64,000 bases of DNA from Octopus sinensis. Taxonomy: Eukaryota. Positions 63,676 through 64,000 of this stretch are shown piece after piece. The notes under the pieces are model-generated. The model was not told the DNA's origin, made no database searches, and saw only the letters and a list, made by a program, of their open reading frames with translations. The translations under genes and the position numbers were made by a program. Numbering within the stretch: the stretch's first letter is position 1; every line of letters starts with the position of its first letter. Location: NCBI RefSeq assembly GCF_006345805.1, contig NC_043023.1, positions 806,001-870,000 of the forward strand, read 5' to 3'.

Positions 63676-63995
63676 ATCTTTTACTTGTTTCAGTCTGTGA
63701 CCATGCTGGAGCACCAACTTGAGGAATTTTTAGCCAAATGAATCAATCCCAGGATTTGTTACTTTTTTAAGCCTGGTACTTATTCTTTTGGTCTATTTTG
63801 CCAAAGTGGTAAGGTATGGTGATGTAAACACACCAGCACCGGCTGTCAAGCAGTGGTGGGGGACTAATACAAACACAAAGACAAGTACACGCATACACAT
63901 ACACACAAAAATATATTATGCAATGGGCTTCTTTCAGTTTCCAGCTACCAAATCCACCCACAAAGCTTTGGCTAGCCTGAGATTATTGTTGAAGC
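63676..63995 (-). mobile_element. SINE family A, runs off the window end
   Basis: Tail and core. Confidence 0.8.
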
Positions 63996-64000
63996 TGCTT

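Overview
AT-rich eukaryotic non-coding DNA, almost entirely microsatellites and transposon remnants. The repeat families and density look like an octopus (coleoid cephalopod) genome, but that is pattern recognition and was not verified. I found no confident host protein-coding gene. Nearly all long ORFs in the track are microsatellite translations. Real coding remnants are decayed TE proteins: four DD34D-type mariner copies plus one further mariner C-terminal fragment, a DD37D/maT transposase, RTE reverse-transcriptase and C-terminal fragments, two L1/Tx1-like ORF2 ends and an R4/Dong-type restriction-like endonuclease end. At least four tRNA-headed SINE families are present (my labels A, B, C, E), with visible 3' tail swapping. 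The most striking signal is a set of type-I hammerhead-ribozyme-like folds in several unrelated Penelope-like terminal repeats. One sits in both arms of a head-to-head palindromic tRNA-headed element at 50-540. There are also several near-perfect foldbacks, a nested inversion, a TTAA-CCC-anchored satellite array and an AAT-embedded element duplicated with mosaic identity. All structures were folded and aligned by eye, so boundaries are approximate (about 10-20 bp) unless stated.
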